Part shown: positions 12,416 through 24,682 of the stretch, one piece after another
How the letters are laid out: each line of letters opens with the position of its first letter
Position numbering within the stretch: the stretch's first letter is position 1
NCBI RefSeq assembly: GCF_001194135.2
Contig: NC_068989.1
Coordinates: 39,460,478-39,515,157, forward strand
From: Octopus bimaculoides
Lineage: Eukaryota
Length of the DNA stretch: 54,680 nt
Reading direction: 5' to 3'
Made by a program: the position numbers and the translations under genes
Notes under the pieces: model-generated
Database searches by the model: none
Seen by the model: only the letters and a program-made list of their open reading frames with translations
What the model was told of the DNA's origin: nothing

Positions 12416-15400
12416 TTAGATCACCCTGCAACTTGCCAGACTAAGGACCAAAAGTGATTCCTAAGACTGAAGAGGAATGGAAGAGAGAGAGAGGGGCAAA
12501 GAATTTAAAGAGAGTCAATGAAAGAAAGATAGGTGTAGTGGGAGTAAACCAAAGAGGGAGATACCATTTCTGCATTGACCTAGTAACATGGAAAATAACA
12601 AAATATACAACAACAGCAACATTAACTATAATAACAGTATACACCTTAGCAATAGCTATAATAACAATGAGCAGCAAGAAAAAAACTGTAATAAAAGCAA
12701 TTAACAGCAACAACTATACCAATATTTGCATAAAAGCAGCTGCAACATAATTATGACAATAAAAAAAACCTTCAATAATAATTACAATCTTAATAATATA
12801 ACAAATACAACAGCAACTACAATAATAGTAACTACTACTATTATTGGTACTATTATTGCTAATACTACTACAAAACTAGCAGAAAACCAAATCAATGAGA
12901 AATGTCTGCAGCGATGTAAAATATCAAAGCAACCAGGAATATATATATGATGGCGTGTTTGTTACCAAATCACCAGTGTTAGAGTTTTAATGGCCAAAGT
13001 AGATGTGGGAAGCGAAAATCATTGGAAAGAAAAGGACTAGATAGAGAGCAGAATAGCATCAGTTCTTATGTAGTGAACATCAAACTGACCGCTTGACCAT
13101 TATATGATATTTCAAAACTAGACGTTTCAAACAGAACAATATAGAGTTTTAAAATGAATAAATAAATATCAGATTTGCCTTTGTTGTAAATTTTTGTTGC
13201 TTCATTCATCAACAAACACTGGCATTGAGTGATAGGTCTGTTTTCTCTACCTCCACCACAACCTTCATTGCTGTAAAACTTTGTGTAGTTGAGAATGTAT
13301 GTGATGCATTATGAGGGCTATGAAGTCTGGGGTAGAGATGGTGGTCAGGATGAGCATAACTACTTAGGTTTGGTAATTTGCATTTCTTGATAAAACTTTA
13401 TATATTTCATATTTGAATATAATATAACAATGATGCTGGTGTCAGTGGGTGTAGCATTGGTTACAGCATTGAAGATGGCATTAGAGATAGTGGTGGTGGC
13501 ATTGGAGGTGGTGTTAGTGGTGGTAGCATTGACAATGGCATTGGAGATGGCAGTAGCAGTGTTGTCGTTGTTTAGCCCAAAATCAGCCCTACCCAACAGA
13601 ACTATAATTAAAGGCATTCCAACTGTGGCCATCCCATTTTTACTTTTTCTCAGTCATCTTTTTCTTTTCTTGTGCCATGCCTACAGTTATCATCAATCAT
13701 AGGCCTCCATGCCAAAGTCTGAAAATTCATTATTTTTCTGGCGAAAGATGCAGTAGTGGTTTTTTTTCTGTTTACCTTCTGCTGGTCTATTTACAGCTTA
13801 CTCTACTAATCCCTTGATTTCTCAAGATTATCCTTGAGGCACAAGAGCTATTTAATTCATACACTGAGAGACTGGTTCATGTGACATAATCACGAGTCTA
13901 TGCGATATTTGCCTAGGAACCAGCCTTCCTGCAAGTCCTATATGCCTTAGCTACAGAACTATCTACTATTTCACCTATAAATGAGGAATATGACAAGTAC
14001 TGTTGCCCTGGACCAGAGCAGAGGTGGGAGTAATGGCGATGAAGAGGTAACACCATACTGCTCTGAACTCCTGTACTCCAACCTCAAAAACTGCAACCAC
14101 CAAATGCAGTTTTATGTCTTGTCTTATCATAGTTTCTCTAATATTACATTATTCAAGGTTATTCTTTTGAGCATATAACAGAGCATAATTTGATGAACAT
14201 TTGGCTGTTATATCGAGTAAATTGAGTGACTACATGGAGATCATCTTAATAAGTAAACAATCACGGTGGTGCACCAGCATGACCACAGCCACTTGGCTGA
14301 AACACATAAATAAATAAAAAAAACTGTAATGTTGATGATAGCAGTTATATTGCCAATGATAATGTTGTTGTTGGTTTGTCTGGTTTCTAACAAGTTGTGA
14401 TTGTTACACTTAATCTGGGGCTGATCTGAAACTATTATTAAAAGTATTTCAGCCATGACCATCCAGTCTTTCTTACATGCAGAGAACCAAGGACCACATT
14501 ATCTCACTTATCCTTACTTAACGTGGTAAGGTGTAATCAGAAACCGATTTCTAGCAGATCAATTTATCATTTAACTATTTAGAAGCATCATTGTTTGTTG
14601 ATGTCAGTGTTGATATAGAGTAGCAACTGTTACATGGAAAACCATTTAAAGATGGTCATAGGATAAGCAGACATCAATCAAATAAGATCTGGAGCCTAGA
14701 AACTTCAGGCTTTAGTCTGGTTTTGTGCCATACTTTATATTGTGTAATAGAGATGCCTGTTGAGTGTTGTAAAACAACTAGGATAAGCTACATATGTCCA
14801 CTGTTCACATACAGTCAATAGTTATACTGGAGGCTTCATCAAAGACAGGCCAAGAGAACTTGGTCAAAAGATAACAAATTTGATTCTATGGTATTTATTT
14901 GAAGTGACTAATACTCAGGACGAAATCTGAGACATTATGACTAGTGATTAGAGAGCTTTGTTAATTACAAACAGGGTTTGGTAAACACATGGCAACTAAA
15001 TGTGGAGATTGGGTTGAGTATGACAAGGTGAAGTGGTTGTGTCAAATGTAACAAGTAGGTGGAGAGATTAGATCAAACATGACAACTTAAGAGGAAAGAC
15101 TGGTACAAATGTAATCACCCATTTGAGTACTGGGGCTAAGTATGCTACAGCTATTTTGATGTGGACATCTATTTTCATAAGTAAATCATGTAAGGTGATG
15201 CCGGTGAATAAAAAAATAGAGAAGATATTGTATTGCCTTTTCTAGGTTGTTTAATGTTTCTATAACATTTTGGGTAAGATTTTCCTTACCAAATAAAATA
15301 AAATATTCAACAAATTCAGAGAAATGTGTTATGACTAGCAGGCCATTTTGGTTGTGACAGAAGCCATTGATGATTACTGTATTTATAGTTGTGGTTGCTC

Positions 15401-17473
15401 AATATAGATAGTTCTAGTAACAGCAGATGGTGTGGCATAAGTAGTAGTAGTAGGTGTTCTGGTAAGAATAGTTAGCCTAGAGTGTGAAGGAGTAGTGAGA
15501 AAGGGTGATGAACAATAATTGAACTGTATGGTAATGTTAGTAAGGTATTTTGAAATTTTCATTCTTATTTTTGATAATGGCAATCTTTCAACAAAATATG
15601 TAAGATAATATATCTTTTCGTTATTTATTAGCATCACCTTACATGTTTTGCCTAACTCTTCACTTGAATTGGTTAGAGGCCCTTTTTTTAACATATTTTT
15701 TACACATTGCAATGCTTCAAGAAAATTATAATATTCTAATCTATTCTGTGTATCTCTGCCTCTTTCAAATTGATTTTAGAAGTAATTTAAGTTTTAATAT
15801 CTGACATGGAAACAGCATGAAGAAGGTGATAACAATGATATGGAAATATATTTATTTATGTTTCAATTTCTTTATCTACTTGATATCACAAATGGATGTT
15901 AAGATTTTTGCGGGGAGTTTTTGTAGTTTTTTTTTTTTATTTCAGTTTTAAATAAGTCTCTATTAATGAGGTGTCTCAAAGCAAATTCAGCTATGAATAA
16001 CATATTAAGTTTAAAAAAGATTACATAGAAAATAGTCAGAAAGCTGCCTGCAGGACTCTAACTACTCATCTTCTGTGACTCAGATGTGCTCTCAATTATA
16101 CAAGAGCAGCTTCCTGTCTTTCTTCCATCAAATTAAACATTTTGATCTTACAAGTGAGAAAGTTAGATTATAATTAGAACACAAATGAAGAAGCATCAAG
16201 ATGAATATAAATGAGGTTTTATTAATGATATTTCTCAAAGCAAATTTGGCTAAAAATAATAGCTGATAATCATTAAGTTAAAAAGAAAACCCTTGAATAG
16301 AAAGATGAGATTCAAACCATGCAGCTTCTGTAACCTAGTTTTTGTTTTTATTTTATTTCTAGTCATTGAGATTCATGGTACTTATAGTCTTCATGTTTCT
16401 GCTGATATATTATCAAATAAAACCTATCACATACAGTGGCAGTGGAGATTTATTTCTGGAACTGCTGATACCAGCAAAATTTTGGTAAAGAGAAATGGCA
16501 AAACATGTTCTTTTAAACTATTGGTAATTTACAAAAGTATACATGCATAGTTTGGCAAACTGAATGATAAAGCTGATATGTTGGGAAGAAGGTAGATATT
16601 TTTTATGTCACCCAACATACATATTCAGAGTGAGTGAGATAAGAATGTACAGATACACAGACAAACAGACCAACAGGCGGGTAGATAGATTGAGTGAGAA
16701 ACAAAGTTCTTTATGATAAACATGTGTTGTAATAAAGAATGATTAAACAATCAATATCGCCAAGACTTAGGAAAATGCTTGGTAGATAAGTTTGCAATGA
16801 ATGAAAGAGAGAAAAGGTTGTGTCCAGGTTTAAATTTCCTTGGAAACGTTTCTCACTATCTCAAATAAGTAAATGAAACAACTGCATGTGCATGTATTTA
16901 GAAGGTACGTTTTAATACTCCGTGTGGCCACCCACTCAAACTAGTGGTATGACAAAATATAACAAATACAAACTGTAAAGCAGGCTGATGACAGGAACGG
17001 TATCCATGTAGCAAAAGCTACACAAAGCCACCGTTATATCTCTGTGCTTTTGTTTTACTAATACAAATGATCCAAGGTCATAAATGTACTCTAATCATTT
17101 TGAATATGTTTAAGTCTCTTGTCTGTTAGAGTCAAGATTGAACACATATTGCGCCGATGGCACATACTGACAAGACTAGCTGTCCTTTTGTCTTCAGACA
17201 ATCAGACTAACTTTTCCATAATGACAAAACAATTCTAGAGAATTCTTAATTTTTGAGAATTTTACCTCCTCTTCATTCAGAGTTGATCCTAATTACCAAC
17301 AGGCAATTACCATAACAAGAATATCTTGTATATTATTCATTATGCCTTTGTTGTTCAAATTTATGCCACTGACCACTGAATTATTTCTTTTAGTACATTT
17401 TGCTCTAATATATATATATATATATATATATTTTTCTCTTCTTTTTTTCTCTCCTTGTTTCTTTCTGTGTTCC

Positions 17474-17505
17474 TTTCTGTTGAGTGTAGGCTCGAAACAT
17501 TAAAT
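17474..17505 (+). ncRNA. Decayed minimal hammerhead-like motif in a probable Penelope pLTR-derived repeat (~17430-17605)
   Basis: tttCTGTTGAgtgtaggctcGAAACATTAaa: hairpin gagt-gtag-gctc, an intact GAAAC, and a 5' core that deviates from CUGANGA. Confidence 0.4.
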
Positions 17506-17633
17506 ACTTTTTCACTTCCCGGGCATTATACTAATTAATACATTTGTTTGTTGTCTACACCACCTGTCTTTGTCTTTTGTTTTTTTCTTTTGTGAATTCT
17601 CTCTATATATATGTATATATATTCTCTTTTACT

Positions 17634-17927
17634 CTTTTACTTGTTTCAGTCATTTGACTGCGGCCATGCTGGAGCACCGCCTTTAGTCGAGCAAATCAAC
17701 CCTAGGACTTATTCTTTGTAAGCCTAGTACTTATTCTATAGGTCTATTTTGCCGAACCGCTAAGTTACAGGGACGTAAACACACCACCATCAGTTGTCAA
17801 GCGATGCTGGGGGGACAACACAGACACACAAACATATACACACGCATACATATATATATATACATATATATACGATGGGCTTCTTTCAGTTTCTGTCTAC
17901 CAAATCTACTCACAAGGTTTTGGTCAG
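17634..17927 (-). mobile_element. tRNA-headed SINE (same family as 5408), cut by an assembly gap
   Basis: ttacttgtttcagtcatttgactgcggccatgctggagcaccgcc...ctttcagtttctgtctaccaaatctactcacaaggttttggtcag. Confidence 0.85.
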
Positions 17928-18236
17928 NNNNNNNNNNNNNNNNNNNNNNNNNNNNNNNNNNNNNNNNNNNNNNNNNNNNNNNNNNNNNNNNNNNNNNNNN
18001 NNNNNNNNNNNNNNNNNNNNNNNNNNNNNNNNNNNNNNNNNNNNNNNNNNNNNNNNNNNNNNNNNNNNNNNNNNNNNNNNNNNNNNNNNNNNNNNNNNNN
18101 NNNNNNNNNNNNNNNNNNNNNNNNNNNNNNNNNNNNNNNNNNNNNNNNNNNNNNNNNNNNNNNNNNNNNNNNNNNNNNNNNNNNNNNNNNNNNNNNNNNN
18201 NNNNNNNNNNNNNNNNNNNNNNNNNNNNNNNNNNNN
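17928..18236. other. Assembly gap (309 N)
   Basis: N run. Confidence 1.
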
Positions 18237-19198
18237 ATCTGTTTATGTCCATCTCTGTTATGCTGGCATGGATTGGCTGGTTTGACAGGATCTTATGAAC
18301 CCATGGACTGCATTGTGCTCCTGTGCCTGCTTTGGCATGTCTTTTCTGACTGGTTGTCTTTTCTAAAGTTAAACAATTTATAATGTACTGGGTGTTTTTT
18401 TTTTTTTCTTGATGTCAGAACTAGTGAGGTCATCATGCAGCTTTGCAAGACTAAGGTCCCTTTTGGTTAAGTAGTGCTACAGTGAAAATAAAGGAAGCTT
18501 TATATATTTGAAGAAAAAAAGGGTATGAAAGAAGGGTTTAGAACAGAAGCGGTTTATTGCTGGAGAAGAGCTACATGCCTACTTACATTAGAGAGTAGGT
18601 AGGAGTAACCTAGGCGAGAAAAGAAATAAATGGCGAGAAATGTTAGGATACAAAGTGAATAGAAAAGAGTGGGGACAGGAGAACTGTGTGAATCATAGAA
18701 GTTGCAACAATGTAGTGAGTGAGAGGGGGGGAGAGATGGTTAAAGATGAAGAATGAGTAAAGGAGTGAATGTGATGAATGAAAAACAAGGGTTGAGGGGT
18801 GTTAGTGATAAATAAGCATTGGAATGAAGCAGAGAAGAATAGGTGATGGTTGACAATAGAGGTTATGAAGAGCAGCAGAAAAGTAGTAATAACACAGAAG
18901 ACAGAGTAAGTGTGAGAGAGAGGGTGGTGACATGTGTGAGGTAGGCTGCAAGAGTTAGGGAAGATGCAGATATAGAGTGTGAAGATAGTCAGACAAATAG
19001 AGTGAGAGAAGGAGACATAGAAAGAGATATAGAGAGATATTCATGCACATTGGTAAGCATAAAAATTTGAAAACTTTGACAGTGTTTTATTCTGGAATCA
19101 CAAGGTGTTTCAGGTCATACAAAACTTATCCAAGTACCTTTTCTAAGGCTGGTCAAACCTAGGTCTATGTACAAGTGGCAATCTACTGAGCCCAGTGG

Positions 19199-19745
19199 TT
19201 ATCTTTTGAGCCAGAGCCATCTAGATGCTTACTCAGCAGCCTCTCCATTGTTAATGATGGCTCTTGTATTCATTCCTCTAATTCCCACTGCTTCTAAGAC
19301 CTTACTGGGAGAACAACTTGCAAATCCTCAATTGCCCACCTTTATTAGCAAACCTGGTTTTCCACAGTCCTCCAACAACTCCTGGTACTTTGCATTCTTT
19401 TACACTTATACCTCCTCCGTCCTTTTCCACCTTAGTGCAGTTAACTTCAGTAAGAGGTGTTGCTCTGTTGCCTTGGAAACCAAAATGTTATCTGGTCCCA
19501 ACAAGGACTGAGTGATATGTGATGGAAATCTTTAACTCCATCTCTTGGTCACCTTTCATTATCCAGCCAAGTACTGTGGAAAGTAAATCATCATACCTAT
19601 TCCTTAGTTTTTTTCTTTGGATGCACTCTTTCAACAAAGATGATCTCCCTCACAGTAGCTTGAGCATGTTTGAATTCTCTGATATTTCCCTCACCAAGTG
19701 CCAAGAGGCAGCTGCTTAGGATGTATTTGAGAGTCCCTGATTTGA
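19199..19745 (-). pseudogene. 3' end of a HERO/NeSL-type non-LTR retrotransposon (zinc-knuckle remnant plus restriction-like endonuclease), decayed
   Basis: Minus strand: GTLKYILSSCLLALGEG ... GPDNILVSKATEQHLLLKLTALRWKRTEEV*V*KNAKYQELLEDC...KVGN*GF...VGIRG...EAAE*ASRWLWLKR*. This matches the RLE pattern PD..ELTVPWE..K..KY..L..C..GW..EVG.RGF...ASRWLW.KR. Confidence 0.85.
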
Positions 19746-20214
19746 AACACAGAGGGCATGCTGGTACTTACACTATATTCCATTGAAAATGGTTGGGAAG
19801 GGTATTGTAGAATCCTTGGATCCTCTGTATGTTCCATTTCCAGATGTCTCCTGCTAGATGCCATTCCATTCCATTGCTTGCTTCCATTTCATTTAGATCC
19901 TGTTTCCACATTACCACTGATCTTTGCTCATTCTTTCTTCTCTGATACACACCCCTCTTCTTTCTCCTGTAACAGTTTCTGCCTCCCTTTTCTACAGGCT
20001 GTGCATATTGGGTTGTTTTTCTCCTAAATCTCATTTTACACTGCACAATGCTGCTAAAGATTGTGTTTTATATATCTATCTATATAAATGTGTATGTGTA
20101 TGTATGTGTGTGTGTGTGTGTGTACACATACACAAAGATAATGGACCACAGTCAATTTTGACAAGTATCCTAGTTGTTCAGTTAACTGAGGTTTTTGTTT
20201 ATTAAATTGCAGTA

Positions 20215-20460
20215 TCATCATCATCATCATTTAACATCCGTCTTCGATGCCAGCACGGGTTGGATGATTTGATAGGAGCTGGTGAGACTGAGAGCCACAT
20301 CAGGTTCCATTTTCTGTTTTAGCATGATTTCTATAGGTGGATACCTTTCCTAATACCAACCACTTTACAGAATTTTTAAATGGCACCAGCACCAGTGCTT
20401 TTTATATGGCACCAGCACTTACAGGATCACCAAGTAACTTGCAAGACAAAAACGCCTTAG
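20215..20460 (-). mobile_element. Meta-domain / RTE-tail short retroposon
   Basis: (CAT)n then ttaacatccgtcttcgatgccagcacgggttgga ... ggatacctttcctaataccaacc. Confidence 0.75.
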
Positions 20461-21187
20461 CTGTAAGTGGTTGAATATTCCCCTGACACTGTTACCCTTC
20501 AAATTCTCAACTGATATCAGCATGATGCAGTGTGTCATGCTGATATTATTGGAATTATCCATGCAATGCACTTACAAAGTTTCCATCTGCCCAATTTCAC
20601 TAATATGGTTTCAATCAAACCCAAGGCTATGATAAAAAAAACACTTCCCCAAGATGCCATGTGGTGGGATCAAACCCAGGACCACATGCTTACAAAACAG
20701 CCTCCTTAACAATCCTTTGAAATGTATATAATTCATTTTTAATGGTTGAACTTGAAGTAAAGTAAATAATAATGTGTAAATATTGGGTTAAAAAACGTTT
20801 TGGGCAGAAAACAAAGGCTGCCTGTAGCATAAATGATAGAGAGAAAGAAAGATAATGTGTATCTCTAGCCTATATGCTCATTAAGCTGGAGCATAACCAA
20901 GTTTCCAAGGTGTATGAGCAACTGAAAAAGCCCCCCCATCCTTCCCTCCCCAGCTTGGGCTGGTATTCATTTCAACAAAGTAAATTGTTGCAATGTGAAA
21001 TGAATTACCTTACACAAGAACATAATTCACTATCTGGTCTGCTTATAAAACCTATGACCTTCCCATTAAATGCTCTATATGTCTTAGCAACTAGGACATG
21101 AGCCTTCACAAACATTTTTTGCATGCTATATATGTGTATTTTATGTGTATATACATATGCATGCTATATATCTGTAAATACATACTG

Positions 21188-21375
21188 AAGGTGCATGGCT
21201 CAGTGGTTAGAGCGTTGAGCTTACAATCGCTAGGTTGTGAGTTTGAATCCCGGACCAGGCTGCATATTGTGTTCTTAAGCAAGACACTTTATTCCATGTA
21301 GCTCCAGTTCACTCAGCTGTAGAAATGAGTTGTGATGTCACAGGTGCCAAGCTGTATCGGCCTTTGCCTTTCGCT
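21188..21375 (+). mobile_element. tRNA-derived CORE-type SINE
   Basis: A box TGGCTCAGTGG, B box GTTTGAATCCC, then gtgttcttaagcaagacacttta...cagttcactcagctgtagaaatgagt. Related copies at ~26657-26957 (+), 30962-31060 (+), 36380-36550 (-) and 40800-40990 (-). Confidence 0.85.
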
Positions 21376-23221
21376 CTATTTTCTGTAGATTTTCACCGTT
21401 TATTGTGCCTGAGCATCTTCTACACCCAAAAAGCTATTTCCCCTGTTAACCTTCTTCTGACATTGCTGCACCTCTTATGTGTCCATAGATTACACCAAGT
21501 ACATCGTATGGAGTTTCTAGTGACACCTTTTCTACAGACTGAGCAAAGCCATCTGCCTGAGGGGATTTGTGATTTGTCTACCTTCCTACTTACTAAGACT
21601 GGTTTTTACTAGGTTAACTCTAAGGCCCTTCAACTCTAGACCTTGCTTCCATACCTGAAACTTCATCTCTAGTTCTGGTAGTGCTTCAGCTATAAGAACA
21701 AGGTCATATATATATATATATATATAAACTACAGTGAGTTCATATAATTATATTTATGTGCCTGGGTGTATATAAATACCTTTGCATAATAAAGTGTGCT
21801 TATTCACACTTTAGATATATCCTTTTACATACTCACCCTCACCCACAAACTTCTCATTTAGATACACATACTGTATAATTATGCTTGTACACATGCATGC
21901 ACACACACACACACACACACACACGCACAATACATGCAAGATGAGAGATAATGGAATATTGAACAGAAGTGATCTCTTTAAGATATATCAAAAATTTTAA
22001 ATCTGACCAATACAGTGCAATGATACAGGAATATATAAGCTTAGCACCCACCAGTTAAGTATCACTATAGAGATAGGAGATAACATCTGAGAGAGATGTC
22101 ATCTCTGATTCCTCCTTTATTTTGGTAATGTTATCAGATCATGTGCCATCCTATCAGGAATTAATCATAACCTTGAGAAAACGGCATTTCTTAGAAGAAA
22201 CAAAAATATCTGATATTGATTTGTTAGATTTGATCAGAGTTAGAAACAAAGTAACAGATTCCACAGTGAGCATTTCACAGAATGGATTCTTGTCTAGAGA
22301 GAGAATGAGGGAGAGGAGGGAGAGAGAGAGAGAGAGAGACTAGCATCGATAGTTACTGAAAAAGTGATAAAAGGTCACTTAAAGAGCCAATTATGTCAAC
22401 TGACTGGATTTGTTACATGATATATATATACAATTAAAGCAGTTTATGTGCATACGTTAGTAGTCATTTCATCAAGAGTGATGCCTCTTACACATAGCTT
22501 ACGACAGCAACGAGGAAAACTGTGTTAGTAAAATTTGATTGGTCAGTGTTTTCATGTTGAGAAACACATGATCGATGGAAAAGTGACAAAGGTTGCAATG
22601 AATGCCAAGAGGTTTTCCTATGCAAATATATTACAAGCTTTGACTACAGAGCTGAAAGTGGAAAGAGTTGAGAAAGGTGGTAGTATGGGAGGTGATAGTG
22701 AAAAGAGGAGGGTGATATGTTGTGGATCACATAACCTTCAACTAATAATATATATATTTGGTTATGATCATGCACACATTAAGAATTTATTACTACCATA
22801 AGAAGTACTTTTCTAATAATGCGTACTAATTTGATTGGTGCTCAAAATCAATGAAAATTACAATTATTTATTTTTGGACATGATGTTGAATTCCTGAGAA
22901 TGTTCCATGTTAGTTAGTGTCACTGGTAGGCAGAAGGTTCTCATCAATTCTTACATACAGCTGTCATATAAGGAATGCAATATTATGAAGACATTTATTT
23001 ATCGCAGAACTTATGTGACATGAATGTAAGCAGTTGATGTGTGAATGGTGAAATGGTTGGAAAGGGGTGTGCATGTCACAGTTTAATTAAGTTAATAAAT
23101 TGTTGAAAGGTACTGCCATGTTATATTTGAGAAATATATAGGATAGCGAGCAGCAGAAGGTGATATGTCAATCCAGTGAAACTGAAAATTATTTCACCGA
23201 CAACCTACCTTAACTTTATTT

Positions 23222-23332
23222 ACTAATAACATCAGTTAACAACATCAGTTAATGACACTAGGTAATGGTATTAGTTAACGACACCCGTTAACAGCTCCAG
23301 TTAATGACATTAGTTAACGGCTCTAGTTAAAT
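23222..23332. repeat. Tandem array of a 13-bp unit, consensus AGTTAA(C/T)(G/A)ACAYY
   Basis: Seven full units from 23234 in exact 13-bp register, plus partial flanking units; several contain the palindrome GTTAAC. Confidence 0.85.
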
Positions 23333-24122
23333 GTTTATGAAATCAATGAGATAACACCTTTCACTTTTATACTACCATGCATTAATTATTAACATCAAAT
23401 GATTTAACCAGGTTTGGAGTTTTTGTGTGCAATAGACAACCCAAACACACACACACACACACACACACACATATGAAGCCTAAGTGTACAGCTGAAAACT
23501 ATGTATTTGTGTTGTTTATCAAGCAAAGATAATACTGATAAAGTTCATCCCCTCTCCAAACTATACCAATCCAAGAACTCAAATCTTATCCATTATATTT
23601 TGCTCCCGCTGTTTTCATTATGAAGCTTTTCCTTATGAAACATTTACAGCAAATATTGATGATGGAACCTAAACTGTCAACCAGTGAGCATTCTGCTAAG
23701 ATAAGTAACTGCAACTTTCCATCTTATATAAACCTCCATAAAAATAATCTCTAGCATACATGCTAATTCTATTTTATAACCCCTAATCTCTCAGACTACA
23801 TGTAAAAATGGTAAAAATTGTCGATGTAAATCTCTTGTGTAAGTGTTTCCCAAATAAACCAATACATTAATATGAGCTAGAACTATACAGTCCAAACTTT
23901 TCTTACTTGGATCTCTCCAATACTCTCAAAAACAAACTGTAATCCTTAGTGTGTCAGTAACATGATTGTGAAATTAAGACATTCACAAAGGAACCTTGTG
24001 GTTAGAGATTCAGTCTCATTGCATCAACATTATTTGCGGATATCTACTATAGTTGCAGGTCAGTCAATACCAATCCATCATGTGTGTTTGTATATATATA
24101 TACATACGTACACATATATATT

Positions 24123-24682
24123 TCATCATCATCATTTAACGTCTGCTTTCCATGCTGACATGGGTTGGACGGTTTGACTGAGGACTGATAAGCCAGGAGG
24201 CTCAACCAGGCCCCTGTCTGATCCGGCAAGGTTTCTACAGCTGGATACCCTTCCTAATGCCAACAACTCTGAGAGTGTAGTGGGTGCTTTTTATGTGCCA
24301 CTGGCATGGGGGCTAGTCAGGCAGTACTAGCATCGACTATGCTCAAATAGTGCTTTTTATGTGCCACTGGCTTGGGAGCCAGTCAAGCAGCACTGGCATT
24401 GACCTTGCTCCAATGGTGTTGTTTACATGCCACCAGCATGTTCCACAGGTTCCCTCCACTGTTAGGGTGTGACACTTCTTCACACAGCTGTCCTCATCTA
24501 TACACAATACATGACCATACAAGTGCAGTCGTCTCTCTTGTACACCACATCTAATGCTTCTTATGTCCAACTTTTCTCTCAGGGCACCTACACTCTGTTG
24601 TATATGCACACTGACATTATACATCCAGTGGAGCATACTAGCTTCATTTCTTTCAAGCCTGTGTATGTCCTCAGTAGTCACC
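24123..24682 (-). mobile_element. 5'-truncated RTE-clade LINE 3' end joined to a Meta-domain/(GAT)n tail
   Basis: 24442-24682 reads VTTEDIHRLERNEASMLHWMYNVSV...LREKLDIRSIRCGVQERRLHLYGHVLCIDEDSCVKKCHTLTVEGTCG, the RTE C-terminal pattern MLRWM..RLRWYGHV.RM..VEG. It is followed by the same tail as the short retroposons. Confidence 0.85.

Noticed and set aside
13360-13632. Mucin-like T/A/N-rich ORF on minus and hydrophobic ORF on plus
   Set aside because: Both strands are open because it is a decayed trinucleotide-phase (GGT/GCA/TTG) repeat; no splice context or family match.
18420-19040. Purine-rich tract resembling the antisense of an old CR1/Jockey LINE 3' end
   Set aside because: Too decayed to recover diagnostic motifs by eye, so it is left unannotated.
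21188-21260. tRNA-like sequence with A and B boxes
   Set aside because: It lacks a full cloverleaf and runs directly into a CORE domain, so it is a SINE head rather than a tRNA gene.
22430-23236. Apparent long decayed reading frame extending the 88-aa ORF at 22535-22801 (CCGSHNLQL faintly hAT-like)
   Set aside because: I count roughly 16 stops in ~270 codons, about what random AT-rich DNA gives, and there is no convincing family motif.
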